Below are positions 50,863-64,000 of a stretch of 64,000 nt of DNA, one piece after another; the stretch's first letter is position 1, and every line of letters begins with the position of its first letter. A model generated the notes under the pieces. The model was not told where the DNA came from. It saw only the letters and a program-made list of their open reading frames with translations, and ran no database searches. The stretch is taken from contig NC_068981.1 of assembly GCF_001194135.2 (NCBI RefSeq), positions 128,529,642 through 128,593,641 of the forward strand, given 5' to 3'. This stretch comes from Octopus bimaculoides. Taxonomy: Eukaryota. The position numbers were made by a program, and so were the translations under genes.

Positions 50863-53025
50863 GTGTCTTTGTGTCTGTGTTTGTCCCCCACCATTGCTTG
50901 ACAACTGATGTTGGTGTGTTTATGTCCCTGTAACTTAGTGGTTCAGCAAAAGAGATCGATAGAATAAGTACTAGGCTTTCAAAGAATAAGGTCAGGGTTC
51001 AATTTCTTCAACTAAAACCCTTTAAGGTAGTGCAGTAGCATAGCTACAATCAAATGACTGAAACACGTAAAAGAATGAAAGAAATTCAATTTCAATCTCA
51101 CAAGTTTTTATCTCTTCATAGGCAGAAAAAAAATGGGATTAATGTGTTCACTCCCTAATTTTGTTGGACCTTCCTCAGAATATAAACCTTCTATTCAGAC
51201 AGATGACTAGCTAATAACAATATATCATCATCATCATCATCATCATCGTTTAACATCCATTTTCCATGCATTATAGTATATACAAAACAGGATTCAGCTA
51301 AATTGGCTAGCTTAATTTTCAACAATAGCGCTTACGTTAAAAATATATCTGTATACATTATTAATAGCTATAAACTAAGCTATTATTCTTTCAATGGACA
51401 GAAGATGGGTGTTATTTCATTGGGAAAAATCTAAGAAGATTAGGAACTGATCTAATCAATCATTTCCATGTTTTCTTTTTTTTCTTTCTTGCTACCCTTT
51501 CAGAACCAAATCCTTTTGTCTTTTACTTCAATCATTGGACTGCAGGCATGCTGGAGTACCACCTTGAAGGATTTTAGTTGAATTAATCAACCCCCAGTAC
51601 TTATTTTCACTTATTTTATCAGTATGTTTTGCCAAACCACTAAGTTAACCAACACCGTTTGTCAAGCAGTGTTGGAGACAAACACAAATGCAAAGAAATA
51701 TGCACATATATACATTCATACATACAGACACACACACACACACACACACACACATGTGTACCTTTGTATTTATGTATGTACACACAACAGGCTTCTATCA
51801 GTTTCTGTCTAGCATATCCACTCAGAAGACTTTGATTAGCGCAGCGCTGTAGTAGAAGGTTCTTGCCTACTGTGCCTGCAATGGGGCTAAACTAAGTGCA
51901 ATCATTTTGTTTATTTTTTTTACATTGTATCTAAAACTGTTGTGTGCATATGTGTCTGTTTAAATGGGTTTCTTCCCCAGAGAAATTGTCTTTCACACTG
52001 CTGATATTTTTACTTGGTTAGAATGAAGCCAATATCTCATTTGCAATAGAATTATTCTTCCACAAAGTGCAGATACCATCTCTGACTAACAGCCAGAGGC
52101 TGATCATAGTTAACAACTGCAGCTAACAACTTCATACATTTAGTTCTTGATTCAGAACGAGGTTTATTTCTAACCTATATAATGTTATTTTAGCATTCTA
52201 CCACATCATTTTTCTTTTCTTTTTTATAACAGAGTAATATAGTTATTTCCCTTATTTTTGTCTCTATATACATACATACAGTGAGGGTGTTTGACCAAGT
52301 GGCTAGGGTAATTGCACTCACAATCGCAACATCGTGAATTTATTCCCAGACCAGGCAGACCAAAAAACTTTATGTCGTGTTGCTCTGCAATCTTTTCAAC
52401 ATCTGACATGTGGTACATCAAGCACTTGTACAGGTAATGTTTATTTGATGAAGGGAGCAAGACATCACTATAAGCACAGACATCACTATAAGCAAATCAG
52501 GTTTGCGCAAGTTGTTCAGTAAGAAATTGCAGAACTGTCTCTCTCAGACTTGAGACATCATCATCTTTTAGCATCCATTTGTCCATACTGGCATGGGTTG
52601 GACGGTTTCACCAGGGCTGGTAAGCTGAGGTGCTGCACCAAACTCCAGTCTGATTTGGCATGGTTTCTACTGCTGGATGCCCTTCCTAATATAAACCACT
52701 CCGAGGGTGCTTTTGTGTGCCACTGGCATGGGTGCCAGTTGCATGACACCAGTATCTGCCATGACTATGATTTCACTTGGCTTGATGGATCTTTCTTCTC
52801 AAGCACAGCTTATTACCAATGGTTTCAGTCATTTGTCATTGCCTCTGTGAGGCCCAGCACTCGAAAGGTGCTTGTTATGTGACACTGGCATAGTTTGAGA
52901 CACTATCAAAATATATATATGAATACATATATATAAATATATATACATATATTTAATCTATATATATGAATATATATATATAGATGTATATATAAATAAT
53001 CATCATCATTTGACATCCATATATA

Positions 53026-53241
53026 CGAGGGGGTGCCAAAATGTTCCTGGCTTTGGGTGAAAGAAAATACAGGAGGATCAGTTAATTATGATTTTATTCA
53101 ATGTATCCCCTTCTCAGATTCACACACTTGCAGCAGTCCTTCCTCCTTTCTAAGTTCTTTAAAAGAACTTGGAAGGTTGGACTTCCATTCAAGCCTTTTG
53201 AGATACCCTTAAAGCCAGGAACTTTTCAGTACCCTCTCATG
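53026..53241. mobile_element. Tc1/mariner-type MITE
   Basis: TA-flanked; TIR cgagggggtgccaaaatgttcctggcttt / aaagccaggaacttttcagtaccctctcatg. Confidence 0.75.
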
Positions 53242-53272
<31 letters not shown>

Positions 53273-53838
53273 GCATACACACACATACCATCATTATCAT
53301 TTAATAACCTTTTTTGCATGCTCGCATGAGTTGGATGGTTTGAAAAGAACAGGCAAGCCAGAAGGCTCCACCAGGTTCTATGTCTGCTTTGGCATAGTTT
53401 CTACAGCCTAATGCCCTTCCTAATGCATATACTATATAAAAAGCACTTGTGCTGGCTCCACATAAAGGCATCCATGCCAGTGCTATGTAAACATCACCCA
53501 ACATACTCTGTAAATTGGTTGGTGCTAGGAAGGGCATCCAACCATAGAAACCATGCCAAAACAGACAAATGGAACCTGAGCAGCTCCCTGGCTGGCCAGA
53601 CCCTGTCAAACTGTCCAACCCTTGCCAGCATGAAAAATAGACGTTAAATGATGATGATAAATGTAATATATATATATACTCCGGTTTGGTAAGTGAGTTC
53701 CATAAAAAATTTAGATTTAAGGTGAATATGGTACTTAAGTTTAGGCACCAGAATTAAGTATGGTATTATCCATACAATTTCAAAATAAGGTGATTAAAAT
53801 CAAAAGAAACATGCTATAAAAGTTCAATNNNNNNNNNN

Positions 53839-55332
53839 TTGTTGTTTACAACTTCTTCTCAACGTTCAACAAGATTTTCAATACCTCGTTGGTAGAAATC
53901 ACCCGATTTCGACTCGAAAAATTGATCCACCCAAGCTCTCAATTCTGCATCAGTATTGAATGAAACTCCGTTGTTGCCAAATCAGGAGAGTATGGCGGTT
54001 GTAGCAGCACTTCCCAGCCATGCGCTTGAATGGCTTCCTTGGTCATATTGGCGATATGAGAGCAGGCATTGTCGTGCAGCAGAACTCTATGCTAACGATT
54101 AGGTCTTTTCTCTTAAATAGCCATGTTGAGTCATTCCATCTGCTGAACATAGAGTTCTGCATTGACCATTTGGTTCCATTCAAGCAATTCGTAATGGATA
54201 ATCCCTTCCCAGTCTCACCATACACACAACATCGTTTTATGCGGATGAAGATCTTGTTTCACGCATGGCATCACTTGTTTACCAGGGCTAAGCCATTCCT
54301 TATGCTGCTTCATATTGATGTATAGGCACTATTTTTCATTGCCAATAACAATTTGGTAAAGAAATCGTTGCTTGTGTCCATGAGTTGAGCGGTGACGAGC
54401 AAGCAAACCAGCGGAGATTGTGGCTCGTTGATTTTTGTTGTTGTCACTTAAAGCATGCGGAACCCATGCTCCATACTTCTAAACCTTTCCCATTGAGTAA
54501 AGATGCTTCTCTCTAGCAGTGTGGGAGCATTTCATTTTCTCTGCCCGTTCCCTTGTCGTTTGACGAGAATTTTTGTGCAAAAGTTGGTTTAATCGCTTTT
54601 CATCAAACTCAACTGCACGACCAGAATGAGGTGTCTTTGAGGTCAGAATTTCCATTTTTGAACTTGGCATACCAATCACAAGCGGTTCTTTCAGCTATGA
54701 CNNNNNNNNNNNNNNNNNNNNNNNNNNNNNNNNNNNNNNNNNNNNNNNNNNNNNNNNNNNNNNNNNNNNNNNNNNNNNNNNNNNNNNNNNNNNNNNNNNN
54801 NNNNNNNNNNNNNNNNNNNNNNNNNNNNNNNNNNNNNNNNNNNNNNNNNNNNNNNNNNNNNNNNNNNNNNNNNNNNNNNNNNNNNNNNNNNNNNNNNNNN
54901 NNNNNNNNNNNNNNNNNNNNNNNNNNNNNNNNNNNNNNNNNNNNNNNNNNNNNNNNNNNNNNNNNNNNNNNNNNNNNNNNNNNNNNNNNNNNNNNNNNNN
55001 NNNNNNNNNNNNNNNNNNNNNNNNNNNNNNNNNNNNNNNNNNNNNNNNNNNNNNNNNNNNNNNNNNNNNNNNNNNNNNNNNNNNNNNNNNNNNNNNNNNN
55101 NNNNNNNNNNNNNNNNNNNNNNNNNNNNNNNNNNNNNNNNNNNNNNNNNNNNNNNNNNNNNNNNNNNNNNNNNNNNNNNNNNNNNNNNNNNNNNNNNNNN
55201 NNNNNNNNNNNNNNNNNNNNNNNNNAAAATGATTCAAAAATAGAATTCTCAAAAAAAAATAGATTTCAAAATTTAAAAATGCAATAAATTCCAAAATCTT
55301 AAAAAACCGCGGGAACTTAGTTGCCAATGCAA
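53839..55332 (-). mobile_element. Mariner transposon (decayed transposase), spanning a gap
   Basis: GAWVPHAL, RFLYQIVIGNEK, LLHDNA and PPYSPDLA motifs; TIR-like TA|ttgcattggcaactaagtt at 55332. Confidence 0.85.
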
Positions 55333-55369
55333 TATGTACGTTGACAATCTGTACGCAATACATACATAC

Positions 55370-55405
<36 letters not shown>

Positions 55406-55849
55406 ATATATGTATGTATGTATGTATGAATGTATGTATGAATGTATGTATGTATGTATGTATGTATGCAGTTGGCTTTTTCATTGTTGGTGGACAGTAT
55501 TGCAGAGTCAATAATTTAACAACTTCTGCTGTGCCTTGGCTGTTTCGAGAAGCAAGTGCCTAGTCCCAAGTACAATTACCTCCTTTCCATTCATGGACAC
55601 TCCACGAAAAAAAAGCAGTCAATATGTTCATAACATCCATAGAGCTGCAGGGGATGCTAAATATTTGTTAAGTATAACTATGCACATCTACCTTAGGGGT
55701 CCCTCCTCCAGATTTTCTGGAGGGGTTTATTCCCTTAGCCTTTTTTTTAAGTTATCCCATAAAGTAGTAGGGTTTATTATTATAGTGGGCATGATTTATG
55801 CAGGGCCAATCCCATTCTATTGCCTGTCAAAACTTGTAATGATCTAGTG

Positions 55850-56159
55850 CAGTGGTTCCCAATCTTTTCAGGCTGCCACCCCCTTGACACCCAGGTCACA
55901 TTCCTCATACTCCCACCCCAAATAATCATCACAAACATAGATCTCTTTCGGAAGCAAATTTAAAGCAACTGTACATCACAAATAAAACTTAACCTAATGA
56001 ACCCATTATTTTGTTGTTTTTACATGAATTACTACCTCATTATCACCCCACTTTTTACATGAATCACTACCCCATTATCATCCCACTTTTCTTCAATGTC
56101 CTTTTGGAAATTTCCACTGCCCCCAGGGGGAGCAATACTGCCAACTTTGGGAACCACTG
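55850..56159. mobile_element. hAT (Charlie-like) MITE
   Basis: TIR cagtggttcccaa / ttgggaaccactg; perfect 8-bp TSD atctagtg (55842-55849 and 56160-56167). Confidence 0.9.
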
Positions 56160-56959
56160 ATCTAGTGTAACATGTGTCATGAGTCCAATAGTTAACAGGA
56201 TGCAAGATTTGTATGGAGTTACCTTCTTTTAGAAAATACTTGTTACAGGCCAGATGAGTTAAGGGCTATATGAAAATATGAAGAGATCAACTGACTTGAG
56301 CCACCCACTTAGAATAACACTGTGGATAAAACATGCAACATCATATTAAATGGTTGTAGTAAGACATTACCAGGAGAAACAGATGTATTTCCATGGAATC
56401 AGTATTATGAGAAAAGAGGTCCTATAACAAGAGAAGTATTATTTGATGTGTGGTATGATCAGAAGGTGGGCATTCTCTCTCATTCAATAGAGAAGGGCTC
56501 AGATTGTTACCAATTGATGATTCATTGAAGAAGTCATTCTATAGATAAAAAGGCAAAGCTTTAGCTCCAGCACATTAACAAGGAAGGTTTTTCCATGGAG
56601 ATATCAGGAAAAGTAAACAAGAAATATTTATAACCAAAAAGAATAATTGTTTATCAACAGTTAAAAAATGTCAGGCATCAATGCTAGTAGGATTTGAACT
56701 CAGAATGATGAGCACCAGTAATGTTGCAATATCTGCATGATGGTGTTAGCAGCAAAATTGAATTATCAAGCAGTTATGCTAATGTATTTATTACAGAAAA
56801 ACATTTCAGATTGATTGAATTTGTCTCTTTACTTAACAGTTAATTTGAGGTGGTTTCCAGCAGTTAGAAAAGGAGAAATTTTATGGTTGGTATTTAACCT
56901 TAAACATTAGTGAGAGAATCCATAATTGGAAATCTTTCTTGTTTTCATTACTATTTCAG

Positions 56960-57170
56960 GGTCAATGGGCAAATGATGTAATAAATGGATATGGTTGTAT
57001 CAAACATATTTCTGGTATCACCTACACTGGATTATGGATCAATGGACTTCCAGAAAAAATGGCTACAAAGCTAGCATTTGATATACGCATGGATGTTCTA
57101 ATGGTTGATGAATATGAACCTTTTGACATAGTTGTACAATGCAAAGATGATGAGGATACAATTGTACAAG
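56960..57170 (+). CDS. MORN1: MORN1 exon (211 nt, phase 0-1)
   Basis: atttcag|GGT CAA TGG...CAAG|gttcag. Encodes GQWANDVINGYGCIKHISGITYTGLWINGLPEKMATKLAFDIRMDVLMVDEYEPFDIVVQCKDDEDTIVQ; GLWING followed by a non-repeat region is typical of MORN1. Confidence 0.92.
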
Positions 57171-59079
57171 GTTCAGTCTTTACTTATTTTTGCATCAAGT
57201 TTTGTAATTGTAATGATTTCCAATTTTGGTACAGGGGCAGCAGCTTTTAAGGCAAGGGTGAAGTTGATTACATTGACCTCAGTACTTAACTGTCACCTAT
57301 TTTATCAACCCCAAAAGGATGAAAGGCAAAGTCAATCTCGGTGGAATTTGAACTCAGAACAGAAAGACATGCAAAATGCCACGAAGCACTTTCTCTGGTG
57401 TGCTAACAATTCTGCTAGTTCGCTGCCTTAAGTTTTGTATGTATGATGAAAGGAAAAATGTAATGGTGTGACATTAATGCATTTTTGAAAGACAATAAGC
57501 ATGTAAAATAAATACAACAGATAACCAAAACTGGGCTGCAGGCTCAAGCTTGCCAGTTGCTTGCCTCAGTTCTATTTCTTAAGCTCAAGCTAAGTTAATG
57601 AAATATTGGTTTCTTCTTAACTCAAGGCTGTTTGACTTTAGAGAGTAAAAATGGAATGTTGTAGCATCCATACTTTTTATAAGAGTACTATCAGCATAAT
57701 GAAGATGATATAACTTCATCTGGAGATTGAAACCACTCTGTAATTTCTATATATGGGTAGCATACTTCTTACAGTATTGTACTTGTCATCAGCTTAACAT
57801 ATATAATGTTTCTGTAGAGACCAATGCTGCATCCAAAGCAAATTTCTACCATTATTTTTGTTGTGTGCTCTGCAATTATCATGATCTTATCACTATCAGC
57901 ATAGCCAAAAGCCAAAAAAGGTCAAACCTCTGTGTAGCCCAGTTTGTTGAATGTCCACTCAGACATCTCAGAAACTACTAAAGCTAGAAAGCTGAATTTT
58001 TCTTTGTTATAATTATTTGACCAAAGTTGTAAAAAATATTTTGCTTTTTGAAATATTAGTATTTTAGCCAATTTTGTAAATATAAGATACACAACCAATT
58101 CCTGTTCAGCATGCTGGGTGAGTTATGGGTCTAAAAGAAGCAAAACCAACCTAACAGAAAATATTTTTTTGGTTAATGTTAGATTAAATATTTCTTTCAC
58201 TTATGTAACAGCTGAAATAAGAAAGATGCACATCAAACATAACCAAAATGGGTTTTGGTTTTTTGGTTTTTGTTATTCATATTTTTGAAATAATTTTGTG
58301 TTTAAAATTGGATTATATTTCTATTTAAGTGCTTGAACTGCAATTGTCTTTTAACTATATTATGTATGTCTACATAAAAAGGGAGATATTTGAAGATCAA
58401 AAGGCCACTGACAAATTTACAAAATGTGTAATCACCTTGCCATTATCTTCATATTTCATACTTTGTGCAAATTTTAACAGTATAAATGTTGAAAATTACA
58501 GTAGTTGTGTCTTATTATTGTCCCACTCATATCGTTTGATCTGGCTTTAGTTGTGAAACTTACCTACATTCAAAAGCTGGCAACTTCCTTGATATTGTAA
58601 AGGAGTGGTCTTTGTTTGTCAGTAATAACACAGCAGCTAAAATTTGGAAAATATTTGAGCTGGTATTATCTACAAGGCTCACTCTGAATAGAGGCCTAGT
58701 CATAAAAACAATATATTTTATGTTTCTGAGTTTGGTGGGGTTTTTCATTAATGAAAGTCCATTTTATCTATACTAACAGTAGAAAATAATGTGAAATAAT
58801 TAAATGAAAAATATACACCACAAATTCAAACTTTCAGATCAGTCTTTTAGTCACAAATTAACAATGTTTCCTACTCTCATATTATTTATGGTAGAAAGGT
58901 TATGTTTCATGAAATATCTGCTTTCTAATATATTTTGTAAGACAAGTTAATTCCTATAGAAATTATGATCTGAGCAATCAATCATAAAATAAGTTAAAAC
59001 ATCAATTTTTCATAAACACTCTTTCTTTTACCTTTCCAATTAACATTTCTTTATTTTTCTTCTCTTCTATATATATTAG

Positions 59080-59170
59080 AACAAGGAAGACAAATTGAAG
59101 TTTTGCTGGCAATTAAAAATGAAGAAATCAGTGTATTTTCTCTGGAAGAGTCATCATCAATATCACCAGC
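59080..59170 (+). CDS. MORN1: MORN1 exon (91 nt, phase 1-2)
   Basis: pyrimidine tract, attag|AA CAA GGA AGA...CCA GC|gtaaga. Encodes EQGRQIEVLLAIKNEEISVFSLEESSSISP, similar to human ESGRVLQISAGVR. Confidence 0.8.
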
Positions 59171-59874
59171 GTAAGAATCATACACCATCTATAATTTTTT
59201 TTATTTGTTGAGAAAATTTGATCATTTACAACATTGTTATTGTTTGTAGTTGTCCAGAATGAGCAATACTGTTACAGTTAAGGTTTTGTAAATTATAGGC
59301 AAACATGTTACGTTTTTATAGGGGTTTTTAAAGGTATGCTGTTTCTTTGTCATGGGAGTTAAGATGATTTTTCCTCATGGAAAGTCATTCAAGTAAATCA
59401 TTTATTATTCAAGCATTTTAGAGAGTTATAATTACTATTCAGTAGTCTTATTTTCATCACATGCTTTCACTGCACTATCAAGCACAGCTTTGTGTGCCTT
59501 GGATATAAGCTCTGATTTATTTTGGTGCTGTTATTTTCACTGTGTTGAAAGTGCTTTACATAGGATGTGTGCAGTGCCTAATAGTGTTATTTTTCTGTTG
59601 AGTTTTTATTTTGTCTATTTCTTTTCTGCTTAGCTTATCCTAGTACTTGCCATGTAAAGGTTTTTCTTGCCATCATTGTATCATTGTAATTTGTTGTTCC
59701 AGTTTTAGTTTTTAGCGGTATTTCGTCTGTCTTTATGTTCTGAGTTCAAATTCCGCCAAGGTTGACTTTGCCTTTCATCCTTTGGGGTCGATAAATTAAG
59801 TACCAATTGCTTGCTGGAGTCAATCTAATCAACTGGCCCCCTCCCCCAAAATTTCAGGCTTTGTGCCTAGAGTA

Positions 59875-59911
<37 letters not shown>

Positions 59912-60336
59912 GAGTGAGAAAGCAGTGCATGCTATCAAAGTGACACTGGGCTACAAATATACAAAGCCCAATACACCCAACATGACAACTCATCTGATAA
60001 CTGTACACCAGGTACATGCATCGCAACCATATGTGCATGACATGATGATCCCATATCAAGATAAACAGCACATGACCTGGCAGGTGAAGCCCAGACAGAA
60101 TTTTCTTTGGGTCAAGTAGCTCATTCCACTCAAAAGATCCCTGAATTAGGTTCGTTTAAGGATGATGGATGAAAAAAATGTAAAATCCCATAGAAATTTT
60201 TGGTCTACTAGGCTAATTTATGGTACCAGATTTCACCATATATGGGAAACATTGCTTCCATATCTTTTACAAAATGATCAGTGTAAATTGAGAGAAAACC
60301 TATTGTAACATTGCCTTTATCCTTTTTTTTTTTTAG

Positions 60337-60448
60337 CCAACATTTTGCAACCTGCTACAAAAATTATCAATATTTTCCACTCACTGATTACAAACATGGT
60401 GCTTGTTCATTGAAGTTGTTGAATGAATACTCTTGTTCATTGAGCTAA
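60337..60448 (+). CDS. Candidate next or terminal MORN1 exon
   Basis: Very strong acceptor (cctttttttttttttag|C) and phase 2 fits. Reads (A)QHFATCYKNYQYFPLTDYKHGACSLKLLNEYSCSLS*. No strong donor seen and homology is weak. Confidence 0.35.
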
Positions 60449-60939
60449 TGTTTAGAGTTTGATCTTGACTAGCCACCAACAAACTCATAGGCTTCTTTCT
60501 TTAAATTTCCACTCTAGAACCGCTCTCATTATGAGTCAGGATTTTTCACATTCTTGGTGTCTCTAAGGAACTATCCATGTAACTGCATCTCCTCTAGGAC
60601 AGCCTTACTTTCACAAATTAACCTGTTTTGTTATGCTCTCTTCCCTTTCAGTTCAACACAAGTAAGTCCTAGTTCTATTGCAGCATGTATGCATGTGCGT
60701 GTGAGTGTATGTATGTTTGTATCTCCTTGTCTTGACATTGCATAACTGTTGTTAATTAATGTCATTCATTCTCAATATTAAGCAAAATAAACATGGTAAG
60801 CTATGGAAACAAGTAAGAGAACACAGCAGGAAGGGCATCTAGCCATAGAAAATCTGCCTAAATAAACTCCATCTGACCCATGCAAGTGTGGAAAGGTGGA
60901 CATTAAAACAATGATGATAGTGATTTCTTAACCAATATG

Positions 60940-61597
60940 AAGCCAGTATGCTCCGTTGGATGTGTAATGTCAATGTGAATACCCGTCAGAGTGTAAGTAT
61001 CTTGAGAGAAAAGCTGAACATTAGAAGCATCAGTTGTGGCGTGCAAGAGAGACGATTGCGCTGGTATGGACATGTGGTGAGAATGGAGGAGGATAGCTGC
61101 GTGAAAAAGTGCCACACCCTAACAGTTGAGGGAACCCGTGGAAGAGGTAGGCCCAGGAAGACCTGGGCTGAGGTGGTGAGGCAAGACCTTCGTACATTGG
61201 GCCTCACCGAGGCGATGACTACGGACCGAGACCTTTGGAAATGGGCTGTGCGTGAGAAGACCCGNNNNNNNNNNNNNNNNNNNNNNNNGTTGCCAGTACC
61301 GCCTGACTGGCTCCTGTAGGATTTTCGAGCGAGATCGTTGCCAGTGCCCCTGGACTGGCTTGTGCGGGTGGCACATAAAAGACACCATTTCGAGCGTGGC
61401 CGTTTTCGTGCGGGTGACACGTAAAAGCACCCACTACACTCTCTGAGTGGTTGGCGTTAGGAAGGGCATCCAGCTGTAGAAACTCTGCCAAATCAGACTG
61501 GAGCCTGGTGTTGCCATCCGGTTTCACCAGTCCTCAGTCAAATCGTCCAACCCATGCTAGCATGGAAAGCGGACGTTAAACGATGATGATGATGATT
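60940..61597 (+). mobile_element. RTE LINE 3' end (ORF C-terminus, UTR and (GAT)n tail)
   Basis: MLRWMCNV...RRLRWYGHVVRM...GRGRPRKTW followed by a UTR ending ggacgttaaacgatgatgatgat. Related tails at 16105, 18350, 30330, 48884, 52555, 53295 and 63600. Confidence 0.92.
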
Positions 61598-61851
61598 TGG
61601 AACTAATGCGATTAAGTAAAATAAAATTCTTTTCTTGCTAAATCCAAGGGGCAGTCTGTCTGATTGTCTGTCTGTCATATTCTACTTGAATTTCTGTCGA
61701 TGTATGCATCTGTCTATTCAAACAATATGGATAAACATTTAAACCAAATAACTAAGAAAACAAAAATAGAAATTTATTGTCTGTTGCACTATTCTATTGT
61801 ACTATACCTAAAATCATGTAACTGCTTTCCACTCCCACATTCTTTTCCATC

Positions 61852-61854
<3 letters not shown>

Positions 61855-61929
<75 letters not shown>
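61855..61929. repeat. (CT)n microsatellite, one of many; (TA)n, (CA)n and (ATT)n tracts occur throughout
   Basis: Direct reading of the sequence. Confidence 0.95.
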
Positions 61930-61934
<5 letters not shown>

Positions 61935-64000
61935 ATACACTTGGTCTTAATGTGATAACTACTGCTTTCCCCCTACTTCATGCCATTAACAACCCTCTCT
62001 CCTTTTTCTCTCTTCCTTTAGCTAACCACATGGCAGCATAATGCATTCAGTCTTGGCATATTAATACTTATATTATATTATATTAATACATATATTATAT
62101 TATATTATATTATATTAATACATATATTATATTATATTATATTGTATTATATTATATTATATTATTATTACATGAATGATTTCTTATATATAACTCCATT
62201 AATAGCTGTTACTTGTACAGATCTCAACACTTGATGTTTCCTGAATTTCTCTGTCTGAAATATGTTGCTATGTTTGTTAAACAATGTGCAAAAGCTGACA
62301 GCATTACCACCTGTCTTGGATAGCCATACTTTTATGCTAATTATTACTGAATACAAAATTGGTCTTGTAAAACTACTGTTTCACTTAGCAACTCACTCTG
62401 TCTAGTGATACCTGGCTATAACCAATTGCATTTGGCTCTTTCTCATTGTACATGACTCTACTTTTCTCCATCTTAACATTAACTTTTCAGCTGTGAAATA
62501 GTTAGTATCTAAGATCAGCTATTACTCTTAATGTGAATGCCAATGAGATCTGACTAAGAATGTGCAATACCAACAACAATAATGACCATACCAACATATC
62601 AAGAATTACAACTATATCAGTACTAAAAACTGAAAGAGCAGCCACTGTTATAATATCTGCTATCACTACAAGTAAAATAACAGCCATCCTATACTGCTTT
62701 CACAGAATTATAATTCCTCTGGAACTCCATGTATAAGATTTGCTTCACATGCTAACTCTCAAGAGTTCAAATTAAACAATGACTATATTTGTCCAACTGA
62801 GTTATTCCTGTATGCATCTTGGATGACTTGAAAGCTATGGGAATGATTCTTCTCCTAGGTCAGATAAAAAAAAACAGGGCACACTCAAACAATAGCAAGA
62901 TATGTATGCAACTAAGCCTTCTATAATAACAGTAGCAGCAACTACAATAATAATAACAATGACAACAATCAGACCACCACCAGCCATACTATCAGCATTA
63001 ACAATAATGCCTAAGAGCCCTGCTTTTCCTATCCAGTCCTTATAAACACAAAAACTTTATATGGACTAAAGCATCAATAGTCTTACTAATCCCAAACACT
63101 ATGCTTGCAGGTAAATGGCTTAAAACAAATACTGAAAAACAATAAGAACACTCCAGCCATCCCTTTTCCACTTAGGGCTGTCTTGACCCATTAACATTTA
63201 AAATAGTCATATCCAGACCAAATATTGTATCTCCTTTATGCACAAACTGACCAGATCTGGCCTCTCACACCTACTTTACAATATCAAAAATAAACAATCA
63301 CATTATCAGAATCCTGAAACTACAATATAATACATGATTAATTCAAAACAAAGTGAATATATAAGCATTACATTTGACAGAGTAATCTGAATGTGATAGG
63401 TTTAAAGCATGGCATACTTGGCTGTTGCCAGGGGCACCCACAAGTCCTGAGGACAATGCTAATTTATGTATGCTCTGATTTATAGGGGCCCTAGTGCATT
63501 GTTTGCCTGAGGGTAGTTAAGACAACCCTGCCCTCTCTGTGACTACCACCAAAACTTACAGGAATACAATAATGTTAGCAAGGAAGTCTCTATTAGATAG
63601 CTTTAGTTGTTGAGTCTTGCAGAAGCAATGACAAGTGACCGAGATTTCTGGCAATTTTCTGTGCTTGAGAAGTCACATCAAGCTAAGTGAAATCATGGTT
63701 GTGGCCAATACTGGTGACATGTAAAAGACACCTAGTACACTTTCTAGAGTGGTTGGCATTAGGAAGGGTATCCAGATGTAGAAACCAAGCCAAGTCCAGA
63801 CTGGAATCTGGTGTAGTTCTCCAGTGTACCTTCTCCAGTCAAACCATCTAATCCACGCCAGTATCAAAAGTGGATGTTAAATGATGATGATGATGATGTG
63901 ATAGAATTAAATTAACAGCCAAAATTATCACATATCGCAACTTACTCTATTAAAAAAGATGAGATGGTTACAGCTGGAACGTCATTGACTAAAGATCTGC

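Noticed and set aside
52040-52170. Minus-strand 40-codon frame VRNKPRSESRTKCMKLLAAVVNYDQ...
   Set aside because: No adequate donor and no recognisable homology.
1-64000. CRISPR arrays, rRNA genes, true tRNA genes or prokaryotic systems
   Set aside because: None seen. tRNA-like segments are SINE heads or a retrotransposon PBS and do not form complete cloverleaves.

Overview
AT-rich, intron- and transposon-dominated animal DNA. The repeat families and scattered N gaps suggest a cephalopod (octopus-like) draft assembly; this is inference. One host gene is well supported: a plus-strand MORN1-like gene with 5 phase-compatible coding exons (40537-59170), one intron of which needs a GC 5' splice site; its N-terminal exon(s) were not found. 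Two or three phase-compatible minus-strand exons (20.6-15.5 kb) suggest a second, unidentified gene. The rest is a stack of mobile elements: 3-4 Helitrons, a 6.5-kb Tigger/pogo element holding a hAT MITE and Gypsy fragments, R4/Dong, CRE-like, Tx1, RTE and CR1 LINE remnants, a mariner, MITEs and several tRNA-derived SINE families. The most notable signal is eight hammerhead-ribozyme-like motifs of the minimal Penelope type, from about five repeat families. They include a tRNA-headed short element carrying a hammerhead, with a Penelope-style inverted end and a 9-bp TSD (34251-34564), and an inverted hammerhead pair (37770-38202). All folds, alignments and family assignments were made by eye and need computational confirmation.
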